Below, piece after piece: positions 14,768-32,240 of a stretch of DNA of 64,000 nucleotides (position 1 is its first letter; every line of letters starts with the position of its first letter). The translations under genes were made by a program, and so were the position numbers. The DNA comes from the human T2T-CHM13v2.0 reference genome, Homo sapiens: NCBI RefSeq assembly GCF_009914755.1, contig NC_060929.1. One strand, written 5' to 3'. The notes beneath the pieces were generated by a model. That model ran no database searches, had not been told where the DNA came from, and was given only the letters and a program-made list of their open reading frames with translations.

Positions 14768-15068
14768 TTTTTTTTTTTTTTTTTTTTGAGACAGTCTCGC
14801 TCTGTCACCCAGGCTGGAGTGCAGTGGTGCGATCTCTGCTCACAGTAAGCTCCGCCTTCTGGGTTCACACCATTCTCCTGCCTCAGCCTCCTGAGTAGCT
14901 GGGACTACAGGTGCCCACCACTATGCCCGGCTAATTTTTTTTTGTATTTTTAGAGAGACCGGGTTTCACCGTGTTAGCCAGGTTGGTCTCGATCTCCTGA
15001 CCTCATGACCTGCCCGCCTCAGCCTCCCAAAGTGCTAGGATTACAGGCGTGAGCCACGGCGCCTGGCC
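14768..15068 (-). mobile_element. AluY
   Basis: AAGCTCCGCC..GGTTCACACCATTCTCC and GTGTTAGCCAGG diagnostics; TSD AGAATCAAAT at 14758-14767 and 15069-15078. Confidence 0.92.
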
Positions 15069-15284
15069 AGAATCAAATGTTTCTTATTTGTTCTTTTACT
15101 ATAAGTTGATTCTCTTTAAAAATAAGAGTTTGAAAAAAAATGAGCAGCTAAACCAATATTTCATTAACTAAGCAAGATTTCATGTTTATTACTATCTTTA
15201 TAAAATATAAAAATTCCCAATACAATACCTTTAATATCAGAGTTATAGGATCTTGAAAATAAAATAATTTTAAAGATACTGACT

Positions 15285-15400
15285 TTAGTCTCCTTGGTTT
15301 ACAGTTGAGAAAACTGTTGCCCTGGAGGGTTAAGTGGTGATTGTACAAGGTTACAGGGCTTGCCAATTGCAGAAACCACATTAATATTCAACCTCCTGTC
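15285..15400 (-). mobile_element. MIR fragment
   Basis: TTTACAGTTGAGAAAACTG..GGTTAAGTG..CAAGGTTACAG. Confidence 0.65.
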
Positions 15401-16125
15401 CTCCGTTCCTCTCTTCATACTGATATCTGACCTGTACATTAGATTTTTACAGAATCTTTCAAATTACTGCCGTTGTCTCAAGAGGCTCAAAAAGCTTTTA
15501 TTTTTTATTTTTTTGCTAAACTTCTCAATCTTTCCCTAGCACTAACTTATTCAATATGATTGGAGAAAATTATTTCTTAAATCATACCTACATTATAACT
15601 TTCTTCTTAAATAATATTATTCAATCAAATTTTGTGTTATCCACAATATTCATTCAGAGACGTTGGCATGAAATCTACCTGTAAACTAAATTCAATCCAT
15701 TTAAAAATGTTTCCTGTTTACTCCCATCTTCCTGTCAGTTTGAACAACTGGTAAACAGTAGTGATATAGACTTACAGAATCATAGTTTTCTTTTAGACCT
15801 GTAAGGAACCAAACCATAAAATCATATATCTCTCTCAGAAAATGTACCATTTCCCTGGGCACATGACTGAGTGCCTTGCTTCCTAAGTGCCATTTTTTAA
15901 CAGATATGCCAGGATATGAAAGATTTCCAGAAACCATTTGGAATAATTAGTGTTCATTCCTGTGTAGCCACAACACAAGTTAATACAGTACCATAGAGAG
16001 AGAGAGACTTGGTACCATATTTAAGTATTTCTTGAGTACCTACTATAGAATGAGTGTTCTGATATTTGTGGGAAAAAAAGATGAAAAAGATTTTAAATAA
16101 TTTCTTCAAGAAGCATGGTCACGGG

Positions 16126-16243
16126 GTTATGGGCTGAATGTTTGTTTCCTGAAAAATTCATATGTTGAAGCCCTAACCCACCATGTGATAATATTTGGAG
16201 GTAGGACTTTGGGACATAATTAGGTTTAGATGAGGTCCTGAGA
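16126..16243 (+). mobile_element. MLT1A-like LTR 5' fragment
   Basis: GTTATGGGCTGAATGTTTGT..AAATTCATATGTTGAAGCCCTAACCC..TTAGATGAGGTC. Confidence 0.75.
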
Positions 16244-16337
16244 AAAATTTAAGCAATGAAACTAAAATGAAGGACAGGAGTTAAAGAAACTATTTTCCAA
16301 TTCACTAATGTATTAGTTTCCTATTGCTGTTGAATAG

Positions 16338-16718
<381 letters not shown>

Positions 16719-17564
16719 AGAAAGGTATTACTTTTTAAATTTGGTAGCGTTTGGTACGGACAACTGAAAAATTACCTGAAGTCCTGTTCTAAAGGGCAGA
16801 TGACCTCCCAACTTGTGTTGACATCAATAAAATTCTATTATCTGCAGCAGTGATATTAAATATAAGAAAGACTTCTATCATGATACTGCAAGCTCATTAT
16901 GTTATTTAAACGGTATAAACCTCTCATTTCTGGGTGGTTTTGAATGTAAGCATTTTTTCTGAGAGATTTACAGCTTCAACTTGAATGGGAAAAAACTATT
17001 GGAGATGCTAATTGGAATCTACTAAAGATGTTTTTTAGGCATCTCAGCCACTTCAGTGATTTCTGATGAAACATAGACATTGGCTTTTATATGAAACAGG
17101 GGTGGTAAAAAGTTAAATTTATAAACCCTGGCACCAGAGCTCAAATCCTGCCACCATAAGCCGGCTGTGAGACTTGAAGTTCCCATGCTCATAGGGGTGA
17201 CCACATAATAAACATTAGCTATTACTATTATTTCTTTGATAGCTGGAGAGATGGCAAAGACAAATGTAGTTACCTTTCTGAAGGCAAAAGTTACTTTCAA
17301 CTGTAGTGTTTGAGGCATTCTCAGCTTCAAAAACATATTATATCTGGGAGCCTCAGATTATCAGGCCTGTGTTCTTTAGTGCTTTGAGGGAAAGAGATTA
17401 CTTTTCCCTTTGCATTTGATCATAGCTTCAAAGTCTTGAATGGCTCTGGAGGGCTGTTTACAGACATGCTCAGAGCATGTTCGTGAGTTATTATTGAAGA
17501 ATACTGAGACCAGAAAAGGCAACAATTCTCCATAAAGTAGCTCTTATAAAATCCAAATGTAGAG

Positions 17565-17695
17565 TTTACCTTACTTTTCTCGTCTGTATTATGTTGAGAA
17601 AAATACTACTTACCTCATTGAGTGGTTGTGAAGTTCAATAAATGTGGATTATGTATTAGTTCAGAGCACCTGCTACCTAAATATTAGCTGCTTCT
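17565..17695 (+). mobile_element. MIR 3' fragment
   Basis: TACTTACCTCATTGAGTGGTTGTGAAG..TAAATATTAGCTGC. Confidence 0.65.
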
Positions 17696-17697
17696 CT

Positions 17698-18068
17698 TAT
17701 CAACATCATAACCATCACCATCACTATCATCATCATCACCATCAACATCATCGTCATCATCGTCACCATCATCATCTCCTTCATCATCACCATCAACATC
17801 ATTATCATCCTATTCATAATAAACATCATCACCATCGTGATCATATAATCATCATCATCACCATATTTATCAACATCATCGTCACCATCATCATCTCCTT
17901 TGTCATCACCATCAACATCATTATCATATCATCATAAGCATCATCATCATCATCATGATCATATCATGACCAACACCACCATCAACACCACCATAATCAC
18001 CATCACATCACCTTCATTGTCACCATCATCATCGTCGTCATTATGACCATTATTATTGTTATTATCAT
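17698..18068. repeat. Degenerate (CAT/CAC)n trinucleotide tract, ~370 bp
   Basis: Direct reading. Confidence 0.95.
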
Positions 18069-20279
18069 GTAGTTTTTTCTCTTTCTGGGCCTTAATTCAG
18101 GATATTACTACTATCATATCACCATCTAGTCTTTTTCAGGATTTTTTTTCTGACTCAAAAAGATGTTCCTCTTTTTTTCAACAATGCCACACGATGCCTA
18201 CCTTTCTGCTTACCCATCCTCAACGCCTCCAAAGCACCTCTGGCATCACTTCAAGCAGTGGTCATTCAACAAATGCATTTTGACCTTATATTCTCTTCTT
18301 CCTTTCCACCCTTCCCCTCAACAATTTCCTCAATCTTAGATTTTTATGAACTAGTTAGTTAGGAGTACATATTTCTAATCTTTTCCACTTGTCAATAGGA
18401 CATTCAACTTGGATAGCCTGCATGTACAAAGCATATTTCAGATTGATTTCAATATTATCTCTCTAAAATAAAATTTTCAACCCGGTTCCATTGATTTATT
18501 TTCATTAAGAAATGTAAGACATAATATAAGTAGTCCTAGTGGAAGGGAAACAGACAGTTCCTGAAGTCCTATTAGGAGGTTTGAGAGCCATCTCTGCCAT
18601 GCACAACCATCATCTCAGCCCATTTGAGGAGGTGATGCAATGGCGACCAGACAATAAAAACAATTGAGTCAGGACTTAACGCATGGGGCTAGTGGAGATG
18701 GCTAGGGCTTATGTTCCTTTCCACAAGGAAAGGCTTCTTCAAACTTGCTGAAGACAGTGTTAAGAGACTTACTTTGTAAAAATTGGAGGTATATTCAGAA
18801 AGGGGAGGCTGACATCTCATTTCTCCTTGGTCTGCAGTTTGACTTGTCAATTCACCCCTCTGCTTATTTAAGCAAGAGTGGGCATGGGGTGGAGGGGGAT
18901 GTCAGGGAAAGGGCCAGTGGTAGTAAATCAGGCTGCACTCCCACCACTTCATGGCACAGGGGTGATTGGGTTTCATTTGGGTCTAGTGGCCCCAGCGGCC
19001 AATAAACTGACTTAGATTGTTTTTACACCTAAGAAGACAATTTGCAGAAAGCCAGGGGAACCAGAGCCGAGGGTCACTGGAAGAAGCAAGTCAGGTACCA
19101 TCTCCCAGGTTAGGAAAATGTGCAGTGGGGCTTCCTGCATGGTCTCCAGAAGCAAAACACACTGTGCCACATGGGAGCAAGCATGCAGATGCTGGCCATA
19201 AAGATGGCATCCAATGCCAATCTGGGTCAACCAGAAAAACAGAAAATGAAACACAGAGAGTTCCTCTTTCCTTCTTAGTCTCCAGCCTACAAGAGGAGAA
19301 GAGGGAGGTATCTTGTGTTTCACCCTTCCACTCCAAGTTGCTGATGTTTGGAATATAGACTTAAGACCAAGCACTGATTTGTGAATTGTCTTTCTAGTAA
19401 TCTTGATAACAGCAAGTAACACTGAGGTATGAGGAAGGGGACTTGCCCCAGTCCACAGACCCGTGTTACAGCATGAAGTTCCAAGCTCCACATTTTCCCC
19501 TTCCCCCAGAATATTCTGAATTTCCTTCTGTTTGTTTTATCAGTACAAGGATGGAACCATGCATCTTTATAGTATACTTCCATCAGGAATGAGTTCTGGA
19601 GGGGTCGGTGGCCATAGGAAATGATGGGGGGTGAAATTGATGCAGGGGATGTCGCTGGCAGTGGTCACCATGATTTGAATAAGTATTTACTATCTCCTAA
19701 GCCTCCAAGATGATGTGTCCCCATTTCTGGATGTATTCTCTCTTCTTGATTAGATAATCTCAGGTGTTGTGATACTGTTTTTTCAACTACCCAGCTCTTG
19801 AACATACCTATAAAGTCTACTGGTGTACTGTTTTAAATTTTACCATTTTTTTTCAGAAACAAGAGTTTATCAAAAACTCCTGTGGAAGAAAGGATCATCC
19901 TGCATTTAGGTACTTAAATATTATGTCTTCGAAACAAATTCCTACAAGATAATGATAGCACAATGGTAAACTTTTCAAGCTCTAATGCCTAGAAGAAAAT
20001 ACCAAAGCAACGTTCATACACATGAATGCCCTGAGTCTGCCGAAGGGCTTAGGTAACTGCCAGAGATGAATAGCAGAAAATCCAGGAGTGCAAGAATCAG
20101 TGAACCATGTTCACTGCTATGTCACATATATTTTGTACAATAGGTCTCAGGTGGATGCATGTGACATTGTGAAATAATAAGACTGACAAACCAAAAACAT
20201 GGGAGACAGGTTACTGCAAAAGATATATCTCTCCTCCAGCAACTTAGAATCCATCACTCTCCAGCGGGTTGGCCCCTAA

Positions 20280-20720
20280 GTTCTTTTGACTGTGGATCCT
20301 CACCCAACTTCTTCCCTGGCCTCTAATCTAACATTCCAGTTATAAACTGCTCTGAGCACAAGGCTCTTCTTTATCACCTCTGTACCTTGGCTGCTTCCTT
20401 GGTCTGAACTCTGTTTCTCCCCCTTCCTCACCATTTTTGTTGCTTTTTCCACAGCCTCAGAGACCAAGCCAGGCTGCAGCTCCTCTGGGTGCCTCCCCCA
20501 TGCCTGCCCACTGAGGCAGAGACCCTCCTTCCTCATGCTCCCACAGCCCTTCTTCTCTGAGACCTGGCTCCTGAAATCCTCTTGCTGAGTTGTCTGTGAC
20601 CTCAATTGAGTGAATAACTCCTCATGGCCAGGGGCTGTGTTTCCCCATGGAGCCCCAGCACCTGCCAAAACCTCTGACACACAAGGAGCACTCGGTGAGC
20701 TGTGGACAGATGCATGAACA
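20280..20720 (+). mobile_element. LINE-2 3' fragment
   Basis: AACTCCTCATGGCCAGGGGCTGTGT..CCCAGCACCTG..GACACACAAGGAGCACTCGGTGA..TGCATGAA end. Confidence 0.6.
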
Positions 20721-22187
20721 GAAAGACAGCCTTTGAATTCAATGATTTTGCCCGTTCCTCGTTATGATGATTGTATGGAGGAGTGGGGAGTAAAGCACAG
20801 TTCAGCTTTAGTTGGACGAGTATCACTATCATCATTCATCCTATAATACATTTATCCCTTTCAAGGGAGTCACTCTGCTCATTCCCCTCAGTAGGAGAGA
20901 AATAAGCTGAAAGTGGGTGCTCCTAGGATGCAAGTACAGCAAAGTTCCCCTTGACCAGTCATGTGGGCAATGACTGTGGCTGGGACAGTGATGCATGAGG
21001 ACTGAAAGGGGTTCAGAGGTCATGAGAACAAAAACAACCCAGAAGGTGCTTTGCTTCTGTGAACACATCCCGGGTTCTTCTATTTTACAGCCACACAAAC
21101 CACTAAGACCAAGTGTCATTGCTCCCACTAATGATAGAATTTTGATATAAATAACACTCAGCTGGCAGTCCAATTTGAGTTGTTATGCTGGAATTTTTAA
21201 CCTGAATGTAGGAGTCTTGTACAAAGCTAAGTTTAAAATTATTTGAGTGGAAATGCAAAAATCAAAGGGATAAATTCACGTTGAAATATTGACAAGCAGT
21301 TTTCCGGTCCACATCTAATTTTCTTAGAAAAAGGACGAAGGTTGTTCCAGGCTATCATTCTGTCATCTTACTTGTAGGTGTTCCAGTGTGGGGACACTAT
21401 ACTGTCTCATTGTGAAAGATGACAGCTGGCCAGCTGCCTTCTAATGTCTACTCCATCGTAACTGACCATCCAAGGACGCACAGGTCTGGAGCTGCAAAAG
21501 GAGCAGCACTAGGAAAGAAAACCCAGTCTTCTTGAGGTTGACTTCCCTTATGGGGTATGAACTGGCCACATCCTTCATATAGAAAATTGAATAATTTAAT
21601 AAGGAATGGTCTAACTCAGATTCTAGTTCTATCTGTTTATTTGCCTGGTAATTACAGCATAACAACTCAAATTGGACTGCCAGCTGAGTGTTTGCCTGGG
21701 GCCAGAGATTTCCTTGTGCACATACTGGTGTTCCCTTACACCAAGTAGAGACTGATAAAAAGAAAAAATAATAATTTTGAAAATCTGAATTGGTATACTC
21801 TCAAAAATTAATATAGCATGCCAAATGGAAGCCTTGAAGCCACCCCTCAAACTGGTTAAGTAGTTTTCTAAATGACCATACCCCATCCACCTTAACTTCT
21901 CTTCAATGTACTCACCAAGCTGCTGCAAATTGATCTTTGTATTTTTCTTTCTAAATTGTGAAATATTTCAAGTATAGAACATAATAATCACCGACAAACT
22001 CAGATGCTCAGATTTAATAAGTCTTAAAATTTAGAAAATTAATGTTAGATTCCTGAGTTTTCTTAAAAGAAGTAAAGAGTTAAAAAGCCAATTAAAATCT
22101 AACCCCCTTCCTTCCCATAGGTAGTTAATTGTTCTTCTGAGGTTAAGAGACACCATTTCCATGCATGTTTGCATGAGTTATATATAT

Positions 22188-22577
22188 AGATACTCCTTGA
22201 CTTACGATTAGTTTCCATGCTGAAAAACCCATTTTAAGTTGAAAATACTACAGATTGAAAATGCCCCTACAAACATGTATACATATGTAACTAACCTGCA
22301 CATTGTGCACATGTACCCTAAAACTTAAAGTATAATAATAATTAAAAATATATATATATAAACATATTGTTGCTTCAATATAAGGAAAAAAAAGAAAAAA
22401 AAAGAAAATGCATTTAATATGCCTAATCTATCAAACATCATAGCTTAGCCTAGCATACCTTAAATTGTGCTCAAAACACTTACATTACCCCACAGTTAGG
22501 CAAAATTCTCTTAACACAAAGCATATTTTATAATAAGGGTTGAAAAGTTGGGCTATTGTAAGTCAGGGATTGTCTGT
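22188..22577 (+). mobile_element. MER47A-like Tigger MITE, internally deleted and split by a short L1
   Basis: AGATACTCCTTGACTTACGA...GAAAATGC|ATTTAATATGCCTAA...ACATCATAGCTTAGCCTAGC...GTAAGTCAGGGATTGTCTG; TA flanks. Confidence 0.8.
22265..22403 (+). mobile_element. Very short L1PA3-5-type 3' end with an extra 3' segment and second A-tail
   Basis: ACATGTATACATATGTAACTAACCTGCACATTGTGCAC...AGTATAAT; TSD GAAAATGC at 22257-22264 and 22404-22411. Confidence 0.9.
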
Positions 22578-22790
22578 ATTTGATTTTATCTATGACATGT
22601 ACATGTGACTATATATACATATATAGTGCATAGAATACATACTTCTGATGTTCAGTTTTTACATGGCAATTTTTGAGATTTATATGTATGCATTTATTTA
22701 TATGTATGTATGTGTGTACATGTAGTTTTTTTCTTGTGCAACAAGGTTTGATGGATATGATGGGTGGATGTTATGGATATTTTCACTAGG

Positions 22791-23151
22791 TATTGTGGTT
22801 AATTTTAAGTGTCAATTTGGAGGGTGTTTTTGGATGAGATTAACATTTAAATTGGTCAACTTTGGTAAAGGAGATTGCCCTTAATAATGTAGTTGGGCCT
22901 CGTCCAATCAGTTAAAGGCCTGAATAAAACCAAAAGACCAGCTTCCTCTAGCAAAAGGAAATTTTCCAGCAGATGAACTCCAGACTGGAACTGTGCTGTT
23001 GCCTCTCCCGGATCTCCAGCCTGCCAGCCCACACGTCAGATTTGGACGTGCCAGCCTCAATAATTGCATGAGCCAATTCCTTGTAAAATATCTGCTTCTC
23101 CATATACACATCCTTTTGACTCTCTTTCTCTGGGAAATCCTGACTAATACA
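22791..23151 (+). mobile_element. MLT2C/D-like ERVL solo LTR
   Basis: GGTTAATTTTAAGTGTCAA..TGGGCCTCGTCCAATCAGTT..TGAGCCAATTCCTT..CTGACTAATACA. Confidence 0.85.
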
Positions 23152-23159
23152 TCAGGTAC

Positions 23160-26640
<3,481 letters not shown>

Positions 26641-26799
26641 TTTGTTTACTGTTTAGTATCTTGGGGAATTTATTGCTTTTTTTTTTTTTTTTGCCTGAAA
26701 GACATCTAGAATACTTCAACACTGGGTAAACAGTTCTATGTACACCTTTCCTTTTGCTCATTCATTCCTGTGGTGGGTTTTGTTAATCTAGTCAAAAGA

Positions 26800-27010
26800 T
26801 CGGGATAATTTTTTTTTTTTTTTGTAAAGAGGCAACTAGTAAATATTTTAGGGTTGTGGGCCATTGGATCACCACAGCTCTGCCACTGTCTCATGAAAGT
26901 GGCCTCAGACAATACATAAAATGTGGGTATGGCCATGCCCCAGTGAAACTTTATTTATCAAGTAGGCAGGGTAGGCATTTGCCTTGTGAGCCATGTTTTG
27001 CTGATCCTTG
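26800..27010 (+). mobile_element. MER58A hAT-Charlie MITE
   Basis: GTAAAGAGGC..TAGTAAATATTTTAGG..AGACAATACATAAA..AAACTTTATTTA..TTTGCTGATCCTTG. Confidence 0.85.
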
Positions 27011-30000
27011 ATCCAGTCAGCAGTTGTGCTGGGCTTGAGGTTTCTTGTTGCTGTGTTTACCTTCAGAGTATTGCAGGCTTCAAACTCTCCTAGCAATACC
27101 TTGGGTTTGGTATGGAGTCTGAGTTTCTAGAGGTTTCTTCTCAAAGTCTGCCCCATCTTCAGCTTTACGTATCCCTTTTCCCTGATCCTCAGGGAGAGCC
27201 TGTCTCATGCATGCTTCCTAGTAATGTTTCAATATTACTTTTAACTGATGCTTATTTGCTGCCCTGGGATGGACGGAGTTCTGATGTCCTGATTATCCCT
27301 TGGTCTTACAGCTTGTATCCCTGGGTCTCATGGCCTCCACAAGAACCATGCCTCTTCTCCAGCTGGAGGTTTGGATCTGATATGTATTCTCACCCCTCCT
27401 CCAGGGCTGACAGTCTTTATTCTCTTCCCTTCCCTCAGCTGCAAGACAGTTCTGTTGCCCATCTTACCCCCCAGCAGATGACAACTTTATTGTGATGGGA
27501 AAATGGGGCAGAGGGATCCAGGTTGATTTTTGCATCACCTTTCTATGCCCCCCGGCATCTTTGTCAGGACTCCACAGTCTTCCCTGGAGCATCTGGTGGA
27601 GTTTGTGGTGAAAGATCTTCATGAAGATGCAACTCCCCACCCCCACCCCAATTATTTGCATCCCCCAGGTGCAGCACAGGCTCTCACCAGCCTGCATTTG
27701 GCCTTCACCAGGATTCATTGACTATTTCTACAGAACTCTACTAACTGGGTCCAGATGCATCTGAGCCAGGGCAGCAGGTGCTGGAGTCTCATCTCTTTCT
27801 ATGGACACTGGTTCCTCCCTAGAATTTGAGTTCTTTAGTTGCTCTGTGACCTCAGCTCTCTGATGGGTGCAACTCAATCATCAGGAACTTGCAATTTGCC
27901 TAATTTTGTTCTTGCTGTAACAGTGTGAGCAGTATTTCTTCCAACTCTTCACATCCCTGAGTAGAAAACAGAACTCTCAAATTTTTAACATTTCATGTTT
28001 ACAATTAGATGTTTAATTATCCAGAATTTTGTTGATATTGTGTGAATTAGATATCTGATGTTATTGTTTTTCCTTATGGCTAACTTTCTTTTCTTATCAC
28101 ACATTTTTTTCTTTTTTTGCTGTGTTTTTTAAAATAGCTTATATAACTTACATTTGTATTTTACATAATTTAAAGCCTATATATGCTAAAGGTTTTGAAC
28201 TCAGTATTTTACAATTTTAAGTTTCTCTGGTATTAGTACTCCTAGTTGTACTTTCTGTAAGATTTTCATATAGGATTTTTCCATATGTGTTTTATAATTT
28301 TCAAGTCATGCTTGTTTTGTGTGTCTCAATCCCACAAAGCCTCAATGGATAAAATATTCCTGCATTTAATTTTGGGTTTTGGTTTAATTATTTGAGACGA
28401 CTCAGTATCGTCAGTGGCCTAGGACCACTTTTTATATTAATCCTTCTAATTAGATTTTCCCATGCTACCTGTGTAGCATAAATGTGAACTTTCTACTCAG
28501 GTGAGATTGTGGTCTGGAATTTTAATTTCTCCTTGAAGATATTTTCTCAGAGGCAAGGCAGGCCCGAGTTGTTCCCTGTCCTAGGAGGAGGCAGAACGTG
28601 TCTGTCTCTCTTTCTCTGGCTTTGCAGCCCTCTAAGAGTTGCAGTATTATACACGGGCTTTGAACTGCAAGCTCATCCACTGTGCAGGCAACACACCGTT
28701 AGAGTGGCTGCTGCCTCTCAGGACGGTGCCTCTGGCTCTCAGCTCCACTTTGCTTCTGGGCCTGGCTGTCTATAAATCTTTCTTGGAAATTTAACCTCAC
28801 TTAAAGACAGAAAAGCACACACTCATTATTTCAGTAAATTTTTTTAATGGAAATCTTGAAAATATTTGTCACAGATGGGGTGAAGCTAGGGGCACTCCAT
28901 GAGTGACACTGTCCAGCAAGCTTTGTCCTGGCTCTGCCCTGGGCTCCTTCCTCCACCCTCGTCTGTCCTGCCTGTCTTCCACCGTGGGCACTGCTGGTGC
29001 CCGAGAACTTGCTGGACCTGTGCACCATGTGCCACAGCTTCAGAAACTCCACTCCCCTCCAGCTTCAGCCTGGGTGGGTGTAAAAGTTTATCACCTTCTT
29101 CTGAAGTGTTATGTTCAGGTGACATTAAAGTGCGTCTTTTTAACCCTAGAACTAGTCGCATCATGCTGTCTCAAAATTCCATCAGATGGTCAAAGCCCAG
29201 CAGGGACGATTCTGAAATGTTGAGTTCCTACATTCCTTCAACTGAGTAGCACTTGCCCATTTGGCCCCTAGACATCTACTTTTATGATGTTTTAAATAAA
29301 AATGTTACATTTCAATCTCTTGAATAACCATCCATCTCCTGGCCTCTTAAAGATGAAATCTTAAACAATTGCACACCTGATGGAGATGTTTCGCTGCCAT
29401 TCTCTTTGAGGTTCTCTATTCAGCTTCTTAGGATCTAAAAATCTTCCCTAAGAAATATCTGACCTAGCCAGATTTTGGATGTGACGTTCCCTCATTCTCC
29501 CTGCCTCGTTCATATCCCACCCCTACTGATGCTCCATCAGCCAAGGCCCTGCTTAGGTGTCTCATTCTCCAGACACTGGATGCCTGCCCTTCTGGGTGCA
29601 TGCCACCCTGACTGTCTCCTGATGCTCAGAGACCTGGCGATAACTTTGTATCCTGCCTAGGGAAGCTTCCCCAGGCATCCCAGAGATGGCCGCTCGCCCA
29701 CTAGGAAATCCACTTCTGCTCAGTCTCATGCTCGCTGGCCCTGGCCTTTTGTAGCACCAGGGACCTGGATGACAGTGATCATGTTGGCCCAAGTCTGTAT
29801 GTCCCTGCTGAGACCTACTCAAGGTCCTGCCTGCTCAGCCAACACTATCCAGGGATGATGTTCGGATTCTTTCTCCAGGTGCAGGAATGGCTCATAACCA
29901 GTACAATGATGTAGCTTTGTGCATGAGGTATTTTGGCTTAGGTTTGAAATATTTTTAAGTTGCCAGTACCTCTGTAGATTTCATATTCTTCCTGTGCGAA

Positions 30001-30459
30001 GAGCAGCACTGTCAGGAAGAGGTTGTGATGTTGTAGCCTGCAGCTTTGGCTCTGCAGCTTGGCTTGTCCAGCATGTTCCCACATGATGCAGAGATGTGAT
30101 GGCTATTGTCCTGGTGACTTTTGGAGAATGTTGCCTCTCAATTTGGCCCCATATGAATGCAAAGAAATCTCTACTATGTGGTAATCAGTGCAGTGCTGTG
30201 GCTTTCATCCACCTAATCTATAAATAAGGAAGCCAGACAGAAAAATCAGACAGATACATCTGTCTGTGAAAGGATTAAAACAATTTCCTTATGTAAGCCA
30301 TGGTTTAAGGAATACAGGCTGAAAATGGCAATGACTTAGAAATAAGCTGACGCTTGAAAAAAGGTAAGGAAAAGAGGTTTGAGTTTGAAAGTTGATGAAT
30401 AAGAATACTTATGAGTTAATACCTCTTAGTCTCTTTTTAACTGTATTTTTAATGCGCTT

Positions 30460-30580
30460 CATAAGAGTATCTCATGTTCCCTTTTGACCAGAAAACAGAA
30501 GCCAAGAGAGGTTTAGGACTGCATGAGGTCTTAGTGTGAAGTTACTGAGAAAGTGGATGAGAGCCCAGATCTCCTGTCTA
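30460..30580 (-). mobile_element. MIR fragment
   Basis: AGAAAACAGAAGCCAAGAGAGGTTTAGGACT..GAGCCCAGATCTCCTG. Confidence 0.6.
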
Positions 30581-31579
30581 GTCTGAGTTTCTATATATTT
30601 TTGCAATAATGCCTACCCTCCACTCTCCAGGTCCTGCAAACCTCATATAGGGTCGGGTGTAGCTAAGCCAGGATATAGGGAGGAGAATAAAGAGGCTCCC
30701 AGAAAGCTCTGCCCTGGGCAGGGGGCTGCCTTGGAACTTCCATAAGTCTCACTTTGATGGGGGGAAGAGATTACAGAGCAGGACTTGCGTGGAGTGTGTG
30801 TGCAGGGTGTATTAAAGATCACACTTTAGATTACTGCTATAACATTTTATACTTGTCCAGGCAGCAGCAAAGTTCCTGACGTGGTGGCATAGAGCATGCA
30901 GGTCAGCCAGGTCTCCTGTGTTGGCAGTGATATTGGAATAATGCCAACTCATACGGGATGCTCTACTTCTTAAATAAAGGATTTTTTTTTGGTACATATT
31001 GTTTAAAGCATTTTTAAGAATACCTGCATCTATCTTATAAATTTTATTTTTAATAGTGATTCTGAAAACACAATAACCATGCCACTTTCACATCATTCTA
31101 AGCCTAAGTCTGGGTAAAATCACATAAGAGTTCATGGGCCAAACCCCAGAGAATTTAGGGCCACAGAGGTCTACTGGAAAGTAAGAAAAACAAAAGAAAG
31201 CAAAACCTCTTGGATAGTCTATAAGCATATTGCTTTATTTTTATGTCAAAACTCTATGTTACCAGAAGAGATATTTTTGAGAAAATCCCACGTAGCAAAA
31301 TGGTAACATTGAGCTGAAATATTTTCATGAGAAATATGTACTTCAGAATGTAGTGTCAGTTTTGTTTTTAAAGTGTCTGAGTAACAAAGGAAACTTATTT
31401 TCCCTTCATAAAAATTTAAAACATAAATTTTTCAAAAAATAGCCTAAGCAATATCTGGGAAAATATGATTAACAAATTAACATGCTAAATATTTACAGAT
31501 TATAATTAAAAACTCATTCAGGACCCATTTTAAGGGGCACAGGAAAGCAAAGAATATAAAAAGACAACACAAAAATTAA

Positions 31580-32240
31580 AATGTAGTTATAAAAAGAGGT
31601 GAAAAATTTTATCCACACTACTGAATAGAGATACGCAGTTCAAAATAATAATAAGGTAAAATTAGACAGCATTTAACATACTTCAGGACTAATGGTGCTT
31701 TATACTGGCAGAGCTATAGTGAGATGGACACACTTTGGCAGCAGAAATTGGTACTTACTTTTTGGAAAATTACTTGGAAATATGTAGCTAGAACCTCTAG
31801 AATTATTATTGTTTGAACAGTAATTTCAATTCCTGAAGACATAATATGTAAGACAGTTGAGGAAATACTTCAATGTCTTGACAAAGGTGGTCCCAACAGT
31901 GTTATATATGAAGTTAAATATTGTAAATAGCCTATTGAGGCTCAATGATGGAAGAGAGCATAGGATAAAACATGAGACTTCAAGTAACGTTCACAAATGA
32001 TGAAGAATTTTAGCAGCGGTGCTGCTATAGTGCAAAAAGGTAAAAATGAACATACAAAATTTTATATGCACCCACTTTTTAAAAAGTTCTCTGAAAATAT
32101 TGGTTAGAAAAACACCAAAATGTTAGTAGCAATTGCTTCTGGGTGATGAGATTATAAGTACTTTTCATTGTAGGCTTGTGTTTTGTGTATATTCAAAAGG
32201 TTTTGACGTAAGCATGCTTCGCTGTTGTATCATAAAAAAA
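31580..32240 (+). mobile_element. Ancient L1ME 3' region
   Basis: AAATTGGTAC..TTTTTGGAAA..TTTGAACAGTAATTTCAATTCCTG..ACACCAAAATGTTAGTAG..TCTGGGTGATGAGATTATA. Confidence 0.65.

Noticed and set aside
17644-17937. 97-aa poly-His/poly-Ile ORF
   Set aside because: Translation of the (CAT)n tract; non-ATG start, a frame slip from His to Ile runs, and no exon context.
19012-19583. 159-aa and 113-aa ORFs in unique sequence
   Set aside because: No recognisable homology; lengths are compatible with chance given alternative starts.
28831-29249. Cluster of 73-116-aa ORFs in GC-richer unique sequence
   Set aside because: No recognisable domain and no convincing splice-site pair; a non-coding exon cannot be excluded.
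30812-30997. Possible minus-strand exon (RMSWHYSNITANTGDL..)
   Set aside because: Weak splice signals and no recognisable protein family.
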